From: Marsupella aquatica
Taxonomy: Eukaryota > Plantae > Marchantiophyta
Length of the DNA: 64,000 nucleotides
NCBI GenBank assembly: GCA_973895155.1
Contig: OZ316898.1
Coordinates: forward strand, 4,340,480 to 4,404,479
Direction: 5' to 3'
Shown here: positions 1 through 13,877 of the stretch, in pieces
Numbering within the stretch: position 1 is the stretch's first letter
How the letters are laid out: each line of letters opens with the position of its first letter
Translations under genes and position numbers: made by a program
The notes under the pieces: generated by a model
Told to the model about the DNA's origin: nothing
What the model saw: the letters and a program-made list of their open reading frames with translations, nothing else
Databases searched by the model: none

Positions 1-423
1 TAAATAACAGAAATGCTTCACAGCCATTTAAACTCTCCTTGTGTAGGGAATTGTCCCATATGACAACCCACTTACAGGCAGCCCTTGCCCAGAAACTATT
101 ATTGACAATACTTGATTATATGTCTCAAAAATCTAGGTGAAGAATCCAAGCTATGTAATGTACTAAAGTGTAGGGAATTGTCCACGATGAACAGCCCACA
201 CAAAGAAACAGGGCCATATATTTTGGACCAAACTTGACACTAAAGCTAGACATTCTTGGCGATGCCTAGAGTATATGTCAAAAGTGATTCCATGTGGAGA
301 ATTGTCCAAAATGAAAATGGATATCTTTTGGACAACTCCCTCTTGGAAGTACGTTGCTTGATGTTTTCAAGTTGCCCAAAAACAACCTCACAACAGTATG
401 AACAATTCACAATTTGTTAAATC

Positions 424-1260
424 AATTAGTTCGTGGACCCCTTGGCTAATAGAATCAGGGGGAAGAGTCGACCTGAGCCGTCTCCATTTCTTATCTCCGG
501 AAATCTCGTCCGTTCATCATAATGGCCAATCTATGGCTCAAAAGAAAGATCTCAAATAGATCTATGGATGGGTTCTGTCCGTTTTGCAAATGGGTTAATA
601 TTTTTCAAATGAAAAATTAAACAAATCCAAGTCTTCCTAAGCGTCGATTTTGTTGATTTTACGATCTTTGCCGTCCATTTTGTAACGCCTCTAGAAATCT
701 TATTCATCCATGTTAGAAGGCGATCTAGGTGCAAAAGAAAGATCTCAATGAGATCTACGACTGGGTATTTTTTGTTTTGAGAATGAGTAAATAGTTTTGA
801 GTATAAAATTCGATGAACTTTCAAGATTCCAGCCATTCCTCCTCCTCGATCCTGGGTTTCTATGTGCTCTTCTCAACATTAATGGCTGTACAATATGAGA
901 GGTCCTTACATACCGGGAGTTGCGATTTAACAAGGAAGTTATCAAGTTAGTTATTAGTCATTATTTATTATATGAAAAAAACTTTTTATAAATTTTTGAA
1001 TTTAAGTTTTAAAATTGGAAATGTAACTAAAACGGTTACATAGTGATAGTTTTAACTGTCTTGCTCTTTGCATTTCCAATGTTTTTACTTTTCTTTTTAC
1101 GGCACGGCGTCCCAAAATTTACACCCAAATTGACACAAACACGAATGGAAATTATAAGTTTGATTCACAAAATTGACGAGTCTTGTTTGTTGCGGTTGTT
1201 GTTGACGTGGCACGCTGTGGTGCCAGGAATTTTGGAAGGGACCTCTAGTGGGGTCCGTAA
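424..1260 (+). mobile_element. Non-autonomous element, family A copy 1 (ends AATTAGTTCGTGGACCCC ... GGGACCTCTAGTGGGGTCCGTAA)
   Basis: Aligns end to end with 52579-53459 in direct orientation; both termini also match the inverted element at 50383-51826. No credible ORF. Confidence 0.8.
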
Positions 1261-1874
1261 CAATCAAACCCAACCACCAACTTTACTCAAACAGTGTTCC
1301 TATATCATCTAGGGGTAGCTTAACCAGGATGAAATCACATAGGCTCTGTGCTCGATTAGTGGATATATAGAACAACAACTCAAAAACATTATAACTATAT
1401 AGCAAATTTTTTATTTATATTTAGTGATCTATGTGGGTTGTAGAAGTCCACAGTGGCATTTTTCCTGAAAACTACAATAGCATAGGATGTAAACTTCAGT
1501 TTTCTACTTCCATCGTTTCTTTGTATATTGTATATAGGTTATAAAAAATAGGTCAAAAAGTGGGATGCATTCCAGTCCTTAGGTCAAACCCAGTGATTCC
1601 ATCCAAAGAAACAAACAAAGATTTCAACAGCTTCTGTCCTCCACATACATTCAACACTCAATTCCAAATGGAGGTACATTAAGATTGGATCGAGCTAGTT
1701 TGAGCCTTCATCAGTGACACACATTGAGAGCATCGTCTGCAATGCTGGTACACCTCTAGGCCAGAAACCCTACTGGTGGTGATCAAGGCACACTACAACA
1801 GTTTGGAAGAGATGAAGATGTAGATCTGCCTTATCACTGATATTTTTGTGGTGGTGAAATTGCGATAACTAAAG

Positions 1875-4800
1875 ATGGACGTGAAGAAGAAATCAGTTTG
1901 GGAGACTTGGCAAGCCATAAAAACTATAGATGCATATGATCACAAGCAGAATGACCGGCGAGTTCATACAAATTGGAATTCATTTTCCTTGTTGTCTAAA
2001 ACAGCTGAATCAGCAGCATCAAACATGCGTAAAGTTGAAGATCACCCGTTCATACTAGGTACTCAAAGATTTAAATTCACTCCAGGAGAGTTGCAAAGGA
2101 CCTTGAGTTCTGCTGCAAGAGCAGTAGTGCAAAGCAAAGTCGAAGATCGAAAGGAAAATCAAGCTAACAAGGATTGCAATGCAAACAACAAAGGTAGAGC
2201 CTTATATGAGATTGGAACCCACAAGAGCTTTTCAGAACATTTGGAGATAGGTAAGGCTCAATGAAGTGCAGGCTTAGTGGGATTGACTAGGAAAGAATCT
2301 AGGATAAGGTCTCCAATCATCAATTTGAGGCTGTCCTGAAAATTGCATTGCAAGGAAGGTAGTGTACTGAGATATGATGCAATCCTTATGAGACCTATGT
2401 CCAAACTTAAGAAAGAAAGAGTCCATTGCACACACTTACCAAGAGATGTCCAAAAACCCCACAAATGTTCTTGCGCTAGGCAGCTGCTTTTTAGACCTTG
2501 AAATGTGTTCATTCACAAGAGTTTGCAAATGATGCAGAGGGAGAAGGAGAGCATGTGCCAAAACCAAATATGACCACAAATCACATTTTGCATTCAAGAG
2601 ACATGCCGAAGATTGTGGCCACAAATGACAATGACCTGATGATGAGAATAAATATGGATGTGAATTGTCTGCTCGACCCACAAGCAGATGTCCGATATGA
2701 GGCCCTTTTAAACATCCATTGTGCTCTTTTAGGCGACTTCCCCGGAGAGGTGTTTATTTGCACCATTCAGCTCAAAGTTTTTCAATTGATTCCTTCCTCA
2801 ACAAAGCTTCACAAAGTTTCAAGCAAGAGACCACAATTTTCAGTAACTACAGTTTGAGATGAGAATGGAGTACACTTCACAAGCACATTATCTACTCGAT
2901 AGCATGCAGTGGAGCAATGATTGTGATGACCATGGTTGTTTTGCATTGTAGGTATGTCCAAATCCCAAACAAGTGACACAAACCGAGCTGGTAGATGCGA
3001 AGGTTGCTTGCAAAGGCTTATTTGAGTGTCCTGCAAAGTTTGTAGAATGCGTCAAAGAAGTTGTCACAAAATCTCTACTCAGGAGGTTTGAAGATGCTTC
3101 TGAAAAATGTCGCCTTCTGTCTATTTCCATTATCACGGCGTAAGTCCTAAACACCACAAGTCCCCTTTGTAAAGTCAAACGCATTGGTTCATAACACCTA
3201 AACAGTATTGAATTTCAAAACAACTTTACATGTTTTAATTTCAGTGCTAAACCAGTAGGATGTAAAATTCAAGTTGCCATGGAGTTTTTTGTTGGAATAT
3301 TTTCTTATATATAAGGTGGGCAAATCATTGGATTACTAGTCTTTGCATGTTTTACCGTTCATGCCATCACCCTTGCGGGCTCCCTTGGTAACATTCTTCA
3401 ATGCTAAATTCTTCAAGGCAAGAGATGGGCAAGCCCTCCTGTCCAATGAAAAGGAAAACCATTCTGTAGGTGCAGATCATTTGTGATTACTTGCAAGTAT
3501 TTCATTTCATCTGATTATAAACAATTCTAGAGAAAGGTCATCCTCTTGAATCATGTTATTGTAGTTCGAAAATAAAAAATGTTATCGTAGTTTGAAAAAT
3601 AGTAGTCCCTTTTGGTATGAAAAATAGTTCTCAACCTCTGCACCTGGACTGTAATGAGACTATAGGCTATTGATTCTGTTTTACAATGCCATTGTTTTGA
3701 AATGATTTGATTCTTAATTACCACATGCTAAACTTTACGTAAAATTGTTTCTTGGCATCCGTGCATGGAGCTATAAACTTCGATAAATAGTCCCTTTTGG
3801 TCTGAAAAATAGTTCTCAACCTCTCCAGCTGGACTTATAATGAGAAAAAGGCTAGTGATTTCTGCTTTACTTTGTCATTGTTTTGAAATAAATTCGATTC
3901 TTAATTGCTACACGCTAAACTTTACATGAATTGTTTCTTGGTATCGTTATAAACTTATTTACAACACTTCATATAAAGTGATCACTTAAAGTGATCCAAT
4001 TCTAAGGAGGGGACGCACACTTCTATGCGTTAACCCAGCATGCGATAGTTAACTACATGCCAAACTGTCCCATTAAGTGTATTTGCATCTATCATAAATA
4101 CCGATATATATTTCTCTCTTTCTGTTCATTACACTAACTTACCTCTTTTTCCCTAATGAGAGACTCGCACACTTCTTTCCATGGAAGTTATCATTGCACC
4201 TTTATTGGGCCTCTTCCCTTTGGGTTTCTATCTCAAGGTGTGCATTTTAGTGTTCGTTAGCAGAGTGAAATAAATAAATGGAACTGTACATGTCATCTAA
4301 TATCTCATGATTCGTCCCATATAGGAATCACTCCACTCTCCCATAGCTTAGTTCCTCAGTGTCCATCCGTACTGTTATCAAAGTATCACAAATCTTCGCT
4401 TCAACCAAATGCAGTTTGTGAGCTTGAAATCAATGACCGTAGCCAAGGCACATATACAGAAGTATGAATCATAGATTTCAAATATCAGATGCCCAAATAT
4501 AGATTATCTTGTGTGGTTTTCTATGATTTCACATCTTTGTGAAGGTCTCCTACTGGACATGTAATTAATAGAATGCACACCTTTGCACATAATAAATCAT
4601 CTCCATCCAAAAGACCTTTAATAGCCAGTTATATTGCGATGTTTGCAAATTCAAAAATTAGAATACTTTATGTTTGAAGAGTAAGTTGTCACCTATGATA
4701 CTTGGAAATTTCATGCAGGCATAAATGATTGAACTATATTCTTTCTCTTGACAGAATAATTTTATAGGATGTAGACAATTTTATTCACATTAGATTTCGT

Positions 4801-7800
4801 TTCTGACTATGCAGGCTTTTACAAATTTCTCCGACAACCATGGTATCTTTGATGGCTTATATTCTTCCTGTTCTCATTGAACGGCTCCCCATCAAGTCAC
4901 TTCCTACTCCTGAAGATTCATCTTCCCAGGCATGTTAAAACATTTCATTGACACTAAACATTCTATATTGAGACTAGTTGTAGTTCAAACTAATGTAAGC
5001 TGTTCTTGTTAACTAGGTTCATACATTCAAGTGACAAGAGGTTGCATGAATTGCAAAGGGATTAGGCCACACAACAAATATCTGAAAGTAAAGGAGAATA
5101 TATGAGTTTCTCACATTTGAAATGGTCATTTCCTCAAGTGTTAGTGACTGGCTTCCAAACATTGGGAGTAAACTTTCAGTTCTCCTTGTTGTAAATATAA
5201 GAAGTTTTCTTTCAGAGAGAACCTATTGCACTAACTTGTTTAATAATATTTGGCCTGGTAGCTTTGAATGGGTTTTTCAAACGAACTTGACTTGAGAATT
5301 GTTTTATATGGTGCACTAAAACACCACTTGAATTGAATGTGAAAGTAAAGCTCAAGGAGGAGGGGTCCCAGGTTTTAAATTGATTTCAAGTTTGAGTTCT
5401 TAGTCTCGTCTAGGCTGTACCTACTGTATGTAGGATACATATGCTGGATGAATGTCTTCTAACGCATGGACAGTATTAGCAAGTATCCACTTGACTGACT
5501 TGTTCCCCGTCCACATTGTACAAGCCCTAGCCACACCCACCAACACCACTTACTTTTGTGAAAGGGAACTTTCCATCTGCACATGCGAGGCATATAGCCT
5601 AGGCCAAACCCCCTCCTCCTCCTCCTCCCCCGCTCCCACCAAAAACCAAAAACCAGAAATCCACCCACCAACCAACCCACAGAAACATTGTCTGGAAGCC
5701 AATGTGTTAAAAAGGGAAATTTAAACTTTGACCACTTGGTCACAGGTCTCAGTGCCCTAGCCACCTTATTTGGATATTCTCCATGCCAGCGCTCCAAACT
5801 CTTGACTACAACATGTAAAACCTTTGGGACAAATGGTTCAATTTGTCCTTAAAACGGCTGGGACACTACCTACACTTGATGTGTATTGCAATGTAATAAT
5901 GGAACAAAATGAGTATCCAGCAAGGAATCTCTTTACAGTGTAAAACAACATGGGCCCTAAACCCAGAAAGAATAGCTGATTCGCTACAGGTACAATCAGA
6001 CAAAACACTATTTTGTGGAAAATTGCATTTAAAGAGCATTTAAGTCTTTATCGTTTTTGGAATGACCCACACAGAAAGTTTGTACAATACTGATGATCAC
6101 AATTTTGTGCTCACAATTATCTTGCTATTTTGATTTGGACAATTTCGCCATCATCAGGCTTACAAGTTGTGATAGCTAAAGGAAAATTTGAAACATGTGG
6201 ATAAGTGTTTGTAAATGTGGTTGCTATGATTGTAGCAGGTCGAGGTCCTCATCGTTGAAAGATCAGAAGAAGTACGACTAAAGCTTGTCCAATTGCTTCA
6301 CACCATCCTTGCCTTTGCAAAGAAGAAGACCAAGTATTTCGCTTCTGAAGTTGCTACAATTCTCACAGCAGCTGCTATGGACAACTATCATGAAGTCCTC
6401 TTGGTAGGTTTTGGCTTACCTTATTTAAAAGAAAAACAATCAATAAATAAAGGCAATAATGTATAGATACTTGAACAATCATTGGATTCCCAAGTGGATT
6501 GTCACCATTTGCGTATGTGCGGCCAGCTATGCCTTAACGAGGCCTTTTCCTCTGCGCATTTAAATGGACACTTTAAAAATTGATTGCTATGGTTGTCAAC
6601 ACCTCATACACCAAAAGTCATCTGAAGTACTTCTAGCATTTGTATCTCATATAGGCTTTTTTGCTTGGACATTATGCAATGTTTTCCCCTACTTTAACCA
6701 TCGTTGATTATTTTAACAATTATGAAATGCATTCAAGACTTTATTGTTCTCAAGTTTTCTTGCTATCTTGTTGACTATGAACAAAAGACTTCCTCGGCAA
6801 TGGATTCAATGATTTTGTACCTTTGGGAAGTGTTTATGCTCAGCATTGTAATCAAAATCTGCTATTGTTTTGTAGGAAACATTTGCAACCATGACATTAT
6901 TTGGAGAGCTGTGTAAGCAAAAGCTTAAACCAGTTGCAAAACAACTTATCTCAGTTGTGCTTCATTCCCTCTCCCATAATAGGCAAAGAGTACGTGTGGC
7001 AGCTATCAAAGCAATCCATAGGTATGTAGAAAACAATGGCATAGCATAGGAAAGGACGTCACCAAAGAAGAAGTTGTATTGGAAAGTAAAATGGATATGT
7101 TTGATAATTTTGTGATGTATCAGTTTGCAAGTAAAACCTTTCAAAACTTTGCAAAATCATACAACCCAGGCCCACTAAATCTTGTTCTGCTATTCACAAG
7201 AATTTGTAATACATTTGTGACAGGTTGGTGCTTTGTGGTGCTCATGAGAGTATTTATGACCTTACAGCATATCGTGATCCCAATCTAGTTCCCATTAAAG
7301 CCTTCTATGAAGCATGTCCCAAGGCAAGAGACTCAATTTATACAGCAATCATCTTAGCCGTAATGACAGGGCAAAACAAAAGTGACTACCATCAGTTGTT
7401 TATATATTTGATGGTTGCAATTGCATTGATTTCAGTTGCAGAACTGGTTTTGGATCAAACAATACAATGGAACTACACATAGATAGTAATTTGGAATTGC
7501 TCCATTAGCATAGGTATTGACATATTTATGATCATTTGAGTTAAGAATTTGTAGAGGAATTTTTTGTCTACGCATTTCTGAGATGGTCAAAACAAGTTTC
7601 AAGACTGACCAGACACTTGCTTCCAGCGTTGTAAATAGTTTAAGATGTTTGGGTGCAGACCCAATATTTGGCATTACTTGTAAGTGACCGGAGCATTCAA
7701 GTGAGAGAACAACTTCTTATAACTGTGTCAAGTTGGCTTTGCGAGTTACCTGAAAGAAAAGAACATGAGTGTCGGCTCATCCCGTAAGTAGTAGCTCAAG

Positions 7801-10800
7801 TGTAGTGGCATTTTAATATGGGTGCAGCTGAAATGGAACATTGGTTGACATAGCATGTAGAATTTGCATGTTGTAGTTACAGTGAATATCTTGCAGACTG
7901 GTGGAACTTCTTTAGGAATGGCTACCATAAATCTGCTCGCAACCAGTTCTTTATAAGACCTGATACTAATTGTCATCATTTCACTTGGGAGGTCTAAGCC
8001 ATCTTAAATGCTATTGTTATATTTATACTCACTAGTTTGATTTGCATAAACCTTTCTCAAAGTACAAAAATTAGAAAGGCAGTCTGCTTTTGTTAATAAG
8101 AAGTATTTTCTTGATGGACCCCCCAGCTACCCCATGAGTTTTTGGGTATATTGAATTAAGGGTCCATCAGGTTTGGATCACTCAGGGGTCCCATCAAACA
8201 TCGCCTTTTCATTTGGGGGGTCAATCAAGCACATGCCTCTGCTAAATTATTGATTGATTGTGCCCTCTAAATTCTTCCTTTTCTTCCTTATACCAAGAAT
8301 ACTGTTATGGTAGGTATATATTGACTGGCTTCACAGACCAGAATCCCAAAATACAAGATTTGGCGTTTGATCTTATGGAGAAAATTGGCCATCAGTAAGC
8401 TCCAAGTCAAAACTTGTAAAATGCACTTTGCATTGATTCTAAATTTCTGTCTATGTTTCCAAGCAGATCAACAAACAACTCTCTAGTTTGAAAATTACTA
8501 CTACAATTATGTTTTTGCCTCATTGTCTTTACTCTTTCTTAGTTACACTGAGCTCTCACAACGCGCATCCATTTCATAGATATGAGGTGGAAAATCAAAA
8601 TGAAGTTGCTGATATTCAAGTGTATCTACCTGAAGACATAGATAACTTTGAAAATGCAAAACTTAGATTCTTACCTCGAGCATTCAAGTGTAGGTATTTT
8701 TTTGAGTTTCTGACTTAACTCCTAATGAAATTCTGCCGTTGAATCTCAACCCAAATCTTCTGTTATCAAAATTAGTTAATGGAGTAGGTTTTGTCTAAAG
8801 AAGAGGACTGATATTGACGTCAGCTAAGCTGTATAGATAAAATAACTAAATCATCAATTTGACAAAAGGCATAGAGTACAAAGAGACTCCACAATGTCCC
8901 ATCCACAGAGAGGGGGAAGGATGTCTGCAAGCCATAAAACCATAAGGAGAGCCACTTGACAGCACACTATCACATGTTCCATCACACTATCATGTTCGAC
9001 AATACTGAATGGCTCCATACTAGACTGCTGCTAGCAAGAGAATACCCCAAGTAAATCCAAGCAGAAATAAAAGAACATCAAGGCAACTATGCATTATCCT
9101 CTAGTGAAAAGGGGGCCTAATTGACTTGTCGCGCATTATCCTCTATTAAAAAGGGAGCCTAACAGGTTGGACCTTGTTGTCCATTATCCTCTAGTAAAAC
9201 AAGAGCCAAACACCTTCAACCTTGTCTAACTGCAAAGACATGAATGATTGTTTTTGTTTATCATCCCTGACCTCCTACTAACAACTTTCTTGCTCCTCTG
9301 TGCGGCAGCTCGACCATGTCTTGGAGCCAGGATTATGGTGAGGAGTTGTTTGGCCGTAATGTTACATGCTTTGGGTGGGGATCTTGACTCATGGACATCA
9401 GGCACCAAGGCAATGGCTGCAGAATTCTTGTATACATTGATCATATTTGCTGAAGAAAACATCACTATGCACTTGCAAGCACTCATTGTTATTATGCAGA
9501 AGGCTTTCAAGGAGCCTCTTGTTGAAAAGCAAGTAAGATCTTTTGGCTGATAGCTGTTCTCATATACTTCAGTACTGAAGAATGCAAATACTATGGAAAA
9601 GATCTAAGTATGATATCTATATTTCTTCTCTTGGTTATATTTTCTACTTTCCCTTGGGCATTCTTGTGCAAGATTTTTGTGGCCTATGTCTGTACGTTAC
9701 TGTTGCATTGTACCCCTCAGGTTGCCATGTTTGGTCAATTGGCTAATGTGCTCTCCCTGTCTTTCATTCAAAAGTGGACTCTGTCCCTTTGCTCCTTTGT
9801 CCTCTCTTAATGGTAATCTTCAACCAATTGATATAAGTTAGACAAGCCAACAGTTTGTGTTGAAAAACTAGAGTATGGTAAGCGATGACATGTATTTCAC
9901 TTGTAATGTGTTGATTAGACGTGCGGCACTTTTACATGGACTTGACCGAGGTTCAAAAACATTTCTTCATCGGTGTTTGTTTGTGTGGACATACTCACTG
10001 AACAATTTCTAAGCTAGATTGTGTGTTGTCAAACGAAGAGATTTAAAATCTTCACCAACTGCATGTGAGTGCCCACGTCTGACCAGCACATTGTAAATTA
10101 AATGATCATTTTACCCAAATTACCATTCTCTATTATTACAACCCGGGCAATATGAGGTTGGATGCTAGATTATGTTAAGGTGGGTTCATTTGGGAGAGAG
10201 GGTAAAATTTGAATGATTAATTGGTCTGATATAACATCCAAGTGCTAATACTAAGGGATATAGCTCTATTATGAAGTATTAGAACCTCAAGGTAGGGAAG
10301 GTATCATAATCCACACATACTGTATAGATTACAACATCTTCAAAATGTGCTCAGATCTCGTCAATAACCTCTTTCGGACTTATTTTGATTTGTATGGTCT
10401 TAAGAGTAGACTTCAAAAACAGGAGGTATTTGCTTGATCTACCCCCAAAATGAAACTTGTTACTTGATCAACCCCCTGAGGTCTATCAACGGTGATCTGA
10501 GATTGAAAGGTCCATCAAGGGTCCAGATTGAGGAAAAGTATGGAGGGGGTTGATCAAGCAAACTTTTTCCAGAATGGGGTCTACTAAGCATATCTCTCTC
10601 AAAAACAGTGGCAGTTCATAATCTGATTAAATGCTTTGAAATGGACCAGAGAAAGCAGTTTAATCCCAATCAAGCTGTTTGAGATTTTGACCAAGTGCTG
10701 TTTATGTGATGTAGATTGTCCAATGTGCAAACGTTTTAGGGTTCTTCCCACAGCCAGAAGTATACTTGAAAGTAATTGAACCCATGATAAGTGGGGAAAT

Positions 10801-13800
10801 GAATGGAGACATATCCACAAAACAGTTGGGTGCAAATCTAAAGATGTTAGCGAGCATAATGCAAGGAAGCCCATCAAATCGGCTAACAAAACACATTCCT
10901 GAAATTTGCTCTTTGCTTACAGCACCCGATCTCCTTACGAGTATTCAGCAGTAAGGATGATTCTTCACATCATTCCTTTTCAAGTGATTCTTGCTAGTAC
11001 CTAGGCTATGTGATGCTTGATCAAGGTGTTTAGCTCATAATCCAGTCTTTCTCAAAATGCGTTGGAATTAGATCAATACAGAATTTGTGTCTTTACAGAG
11101 AAGTGAACGACGGCATTGTTGCAATCTCTCGAGAAATGGTGGGGGCGTGGTCAAGAGATGAATGCAACAACGAGTTGGTACCTCTTCTTTGGTTGTTGTT
11201 GAATGCTGCAGCATCATCAGATTTTTGTGGGAGATCAGCTATAAAAGTAGGCAACTACCCTGATTCCTGGAATGCAATTGTCTTAAATATTTTGAGGCAA
11301 ATTGAAGTAGGCAAGCATCAGTAAAACAAATGGACCAATGAAGTTTTTAGTACACATTAATTACACAAGTGTACTCTGGCGCAGAGGTCAGTATTATTTC
11401 AGACCAGAACAACAAGTTTACTTATTGTAGGGACCAGGAAGGAAGGGTTGTTTCTGGTTGTTTGCCCGGGAGGAAGTCTGTGAGCCCTTTTTGCAGTTTT
11501 CCTGTACAGTCACAAACCTGGGACATTGCAATTTAGCTCATTTAGAAGAAACCTGCCACATCAAGAAAAAGCCCATGAAGGCATTTATAATTCACTATCG
11601 CAGACTTACTCTGTGGAGTGAAGCCAAAGGCTGTAGTTACTGTGATTATTTTTGTAAGAGTATTTAGACCACAATGCTGTGTAGGAACGGTCATGGACAT
11701 GGAGAGCGTCTAGGAAGGCGAAACCCTGTATATTATGGTTGGCCTAGTTAAGAGTTAATTTTATTCTTAGTCAAACAATCAATGACATGATACTAAAGTA
11801 TTTTACAACTACCACACTCACAGCCTGAACGTTTGTTGGAGGACCTGGCTGGGAGAAGCGGAGCTGCTGCATCTGGGGGGGCTCTGGTGGCCCTTCACGC
11901 AGAGAAGATCCTTGACATTTTGCCCCACCCCCTCTTCTGGGCAGTCCGTTCCTTGGACGTTCTTGTATTCTGTAGGGTACTTCATGTGGCAGCTTTGATT
12001 GACATGGAGACTCTTCCGAGGTATGTCCCAGAATGTCATCCTGGTTTGCTCAGGCCTTGCCCGAACATTAATCATCGTTATTCCAGGAAATAAAAGCAGG
12101 CCGGAACATTCTTCTTTTGTTTTCATTTTTTAATCTTTAAAAAACAATGTTTACATTGAAAGTCAGTGTTAATATCAAAATACATCTAATATTCTTAAAA
12201 TTACATGCCAAACATCTTTGGATGGTTCAAAAGTACCCCAGAATATTTTTCCACTGGGGCCAAAAATTTAGTAGTTATTGATATTTTGTTCTAAGGGGGT
12301 TGGCACCACCATATTCCCAATCCCAGGTGCACCAACATCTGGAGGGCTATGGTGAAACTAAGCTGGGTTCCACTGTTCAGTATAACAAAATATTTTCCCT
12401 AGGCGGAAAGAAAAGGTCATAACTTTTTCACAACATTGTATATTTTATATTTTATATTTTCCTTTTCACCAGCCTCTACAGTGACTACTGGTTATGGCAT
12501 AAGACCAATCCTTTATGGCAAAAAGTTATGGACAATAAATTCTGTAGTCCATAACTTGTTGTGCCCATAAACCATAACTAGTGAATTAAGGTCCATCAAA
12601 TTGTCAGCTTTGAGACTTCCTCATGAAACAATATCATATGATTGAACAATAATCGCACAAAGTTCCGAATCATATTACAAACATTCCGGCGGTAGACAGG
12701 TGACAGCAATATATGTCCACAAGATAGCTTCCTTGCCTTATTTTGGTGAGATGGTTAATTTAAGTAGCTAAAGAAGCTAATCACATAATTGTTGGCATGC
12801 AGGGTATTTCGTCTCCTAATGTTTTTTGGAAGGGGTTCATCAGATATGGATCTCAAGCGCAGGTAGCACTCCTATGATATGTAACTTGAGTTGGTGCTGC
12901 CACTCCCATGCCAAACATAATCATGGATGAGTTTTCTCCTTCCCTCCAAGTCTGCATGTGCTTTTGTTCATGTCCTATGTAAACTGAATGTAATTTTGCT
13001 AGACTTTTGCCATACATTAACAGCCTTGAAAATTTATTAAACTACTGAATGGAAGGTATTCACCAGTTTGGCAGTTTTGCCAAGTGATAGAGTTTGCAGT
13101 GTTGACAAGAAAACTACTATCTAAGATCAAATCCCTGCCAAACTGGATTTTAGCTGATTTCTAGTGCAAAGTTGCCAATTTGATGTAAATTTTGCTGTCA
13201 AGTTTGAAAGCAATGACCACAACACTGAGTGTTCTCTTTAGAACGACATGTAAGCTGTATTAATATATCTTCAGTCAGAAGTGGTCGTTCCTAGCAACAT
13301 GGAGCAAACCCCTCTTGTCTTGTGTGTAATTATTGTCAATGAGAATAATTTATTCTAATCCGTCTTTTCTTTTTGAAAAGAGGTGCTCCAGACGGCCAAT
13401 TCTATTCTAGTCTGACAAACTTATTCTAAAAATGACAGGTTATTGCTTGCAACCCAAAACATGGTGCAACTCACATCCTCCCTGGATTTGCCACAAGAAA
13501 CAACACTTGCATTACAAGTGCAAATGGGTAACGCTTTTCATGGCTTCTTTGTGCCCTGCTTAGAAGACCCTGGGCTCATGAACTTGGTGTTGGTGACACT
13601 CTCTAAAATTATCTCCCATGGAACCTTCTCCAATGTACCCTTTCCTCCATCCTTGACATCTCAATTGAGGCAATTACTTACTTCCAAGACATATGAGAGT
13701 GGAATATCAATTGATGCTAATGACTCAACAACAAAGCATATGGTGGATCACTTGGGCAAGGGATCAGAAGACGGGGACATATCTTGCCCAACTTCTGATG

Positions 13801-13877
13801 GAGAAAGCGCAAGGGATGCGGAGTGCAAGTCGAATACAGAATGGAAGCCTCAAGGTGATTGTGGATGTCATGTTTAA
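1875..13877 (+). CDS. DNAAF5: Dynein axonemal assembly factor 5 (HEATR2) homologue, HEAT-repeat protein, 16 exons
   Basis: Phase-consistent exons: 1875-2250, 2538-2749, 2952-3139, 4815-4929, 6239-6403, 6876-7021, 7224-7323, 7659-7783, 8314-8394, 8580-8689, 9309-9532, 10715-10950, 11099-11246, 11824-12020, 12803-12862, 13439-13877. Peptides DVNCLLDP..., RRFEDASEKCR, ERSEEVRLKLVQLL, LSHNRQRVRVAAI, GAHESIYDLTAYRDPNLVPIKAFY and RPCLGARIMV...DLDSWTSGTKAMAAEFLYTLIIFAEENITMHL match DNAAF5 motifs in the right order. The first exon and the last three exons are less certain. Confidence 0.88.
3604..3955. repeat. Tandem duplication of ~185 bp in DNAAF5 intron 3
   Basis: TAGTCCCTTTTGGT(A/C)TGAAAAATAGTTCTCAACCTCT...TTCTTAATT...GCTAAACTTTAC...TTGTTTCTTGG occurs twice in succession. 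Confidence 0.8.
8108..8232. mobile_element. Small MITE-like inverted-repeat element (related copy at ~10430-10590)
   Basis: Ends TTCTTGATGGACCCCC ... GGGGGTCAATCAAGCA; similar TGCTTGATCTACCCCC ... GGGGTCTACTAAGCA in a later intron; both share an internal GGTCCATCA. Confidence 0.5.
9869..10132. mobile_element. MITE-like foldback element in DNAAF5 intron
   Basis: TAGAGTATGGTAA ... TTACCATTCTCTA termini with longer imperfect inner complementarity (AGACGTGCGGCAC / GTGCCCACGTCT); no clear TSD. Confidence 0.5.
12485..12582. repeat. Short foldback (MITE remnant)
   Basis: Outer GGTTATGG ... CCATAACT and inner AAGTTATGGAC / GTCCATAACTT inverted repeats. Confidence 0.5.

Noticed and set aside
552-945. 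ORFs shared between family A copies (also 52693-52902)
   Set aside because: Non-ATG starts, lengths differ between copies because of indels, and no recognisable motif.
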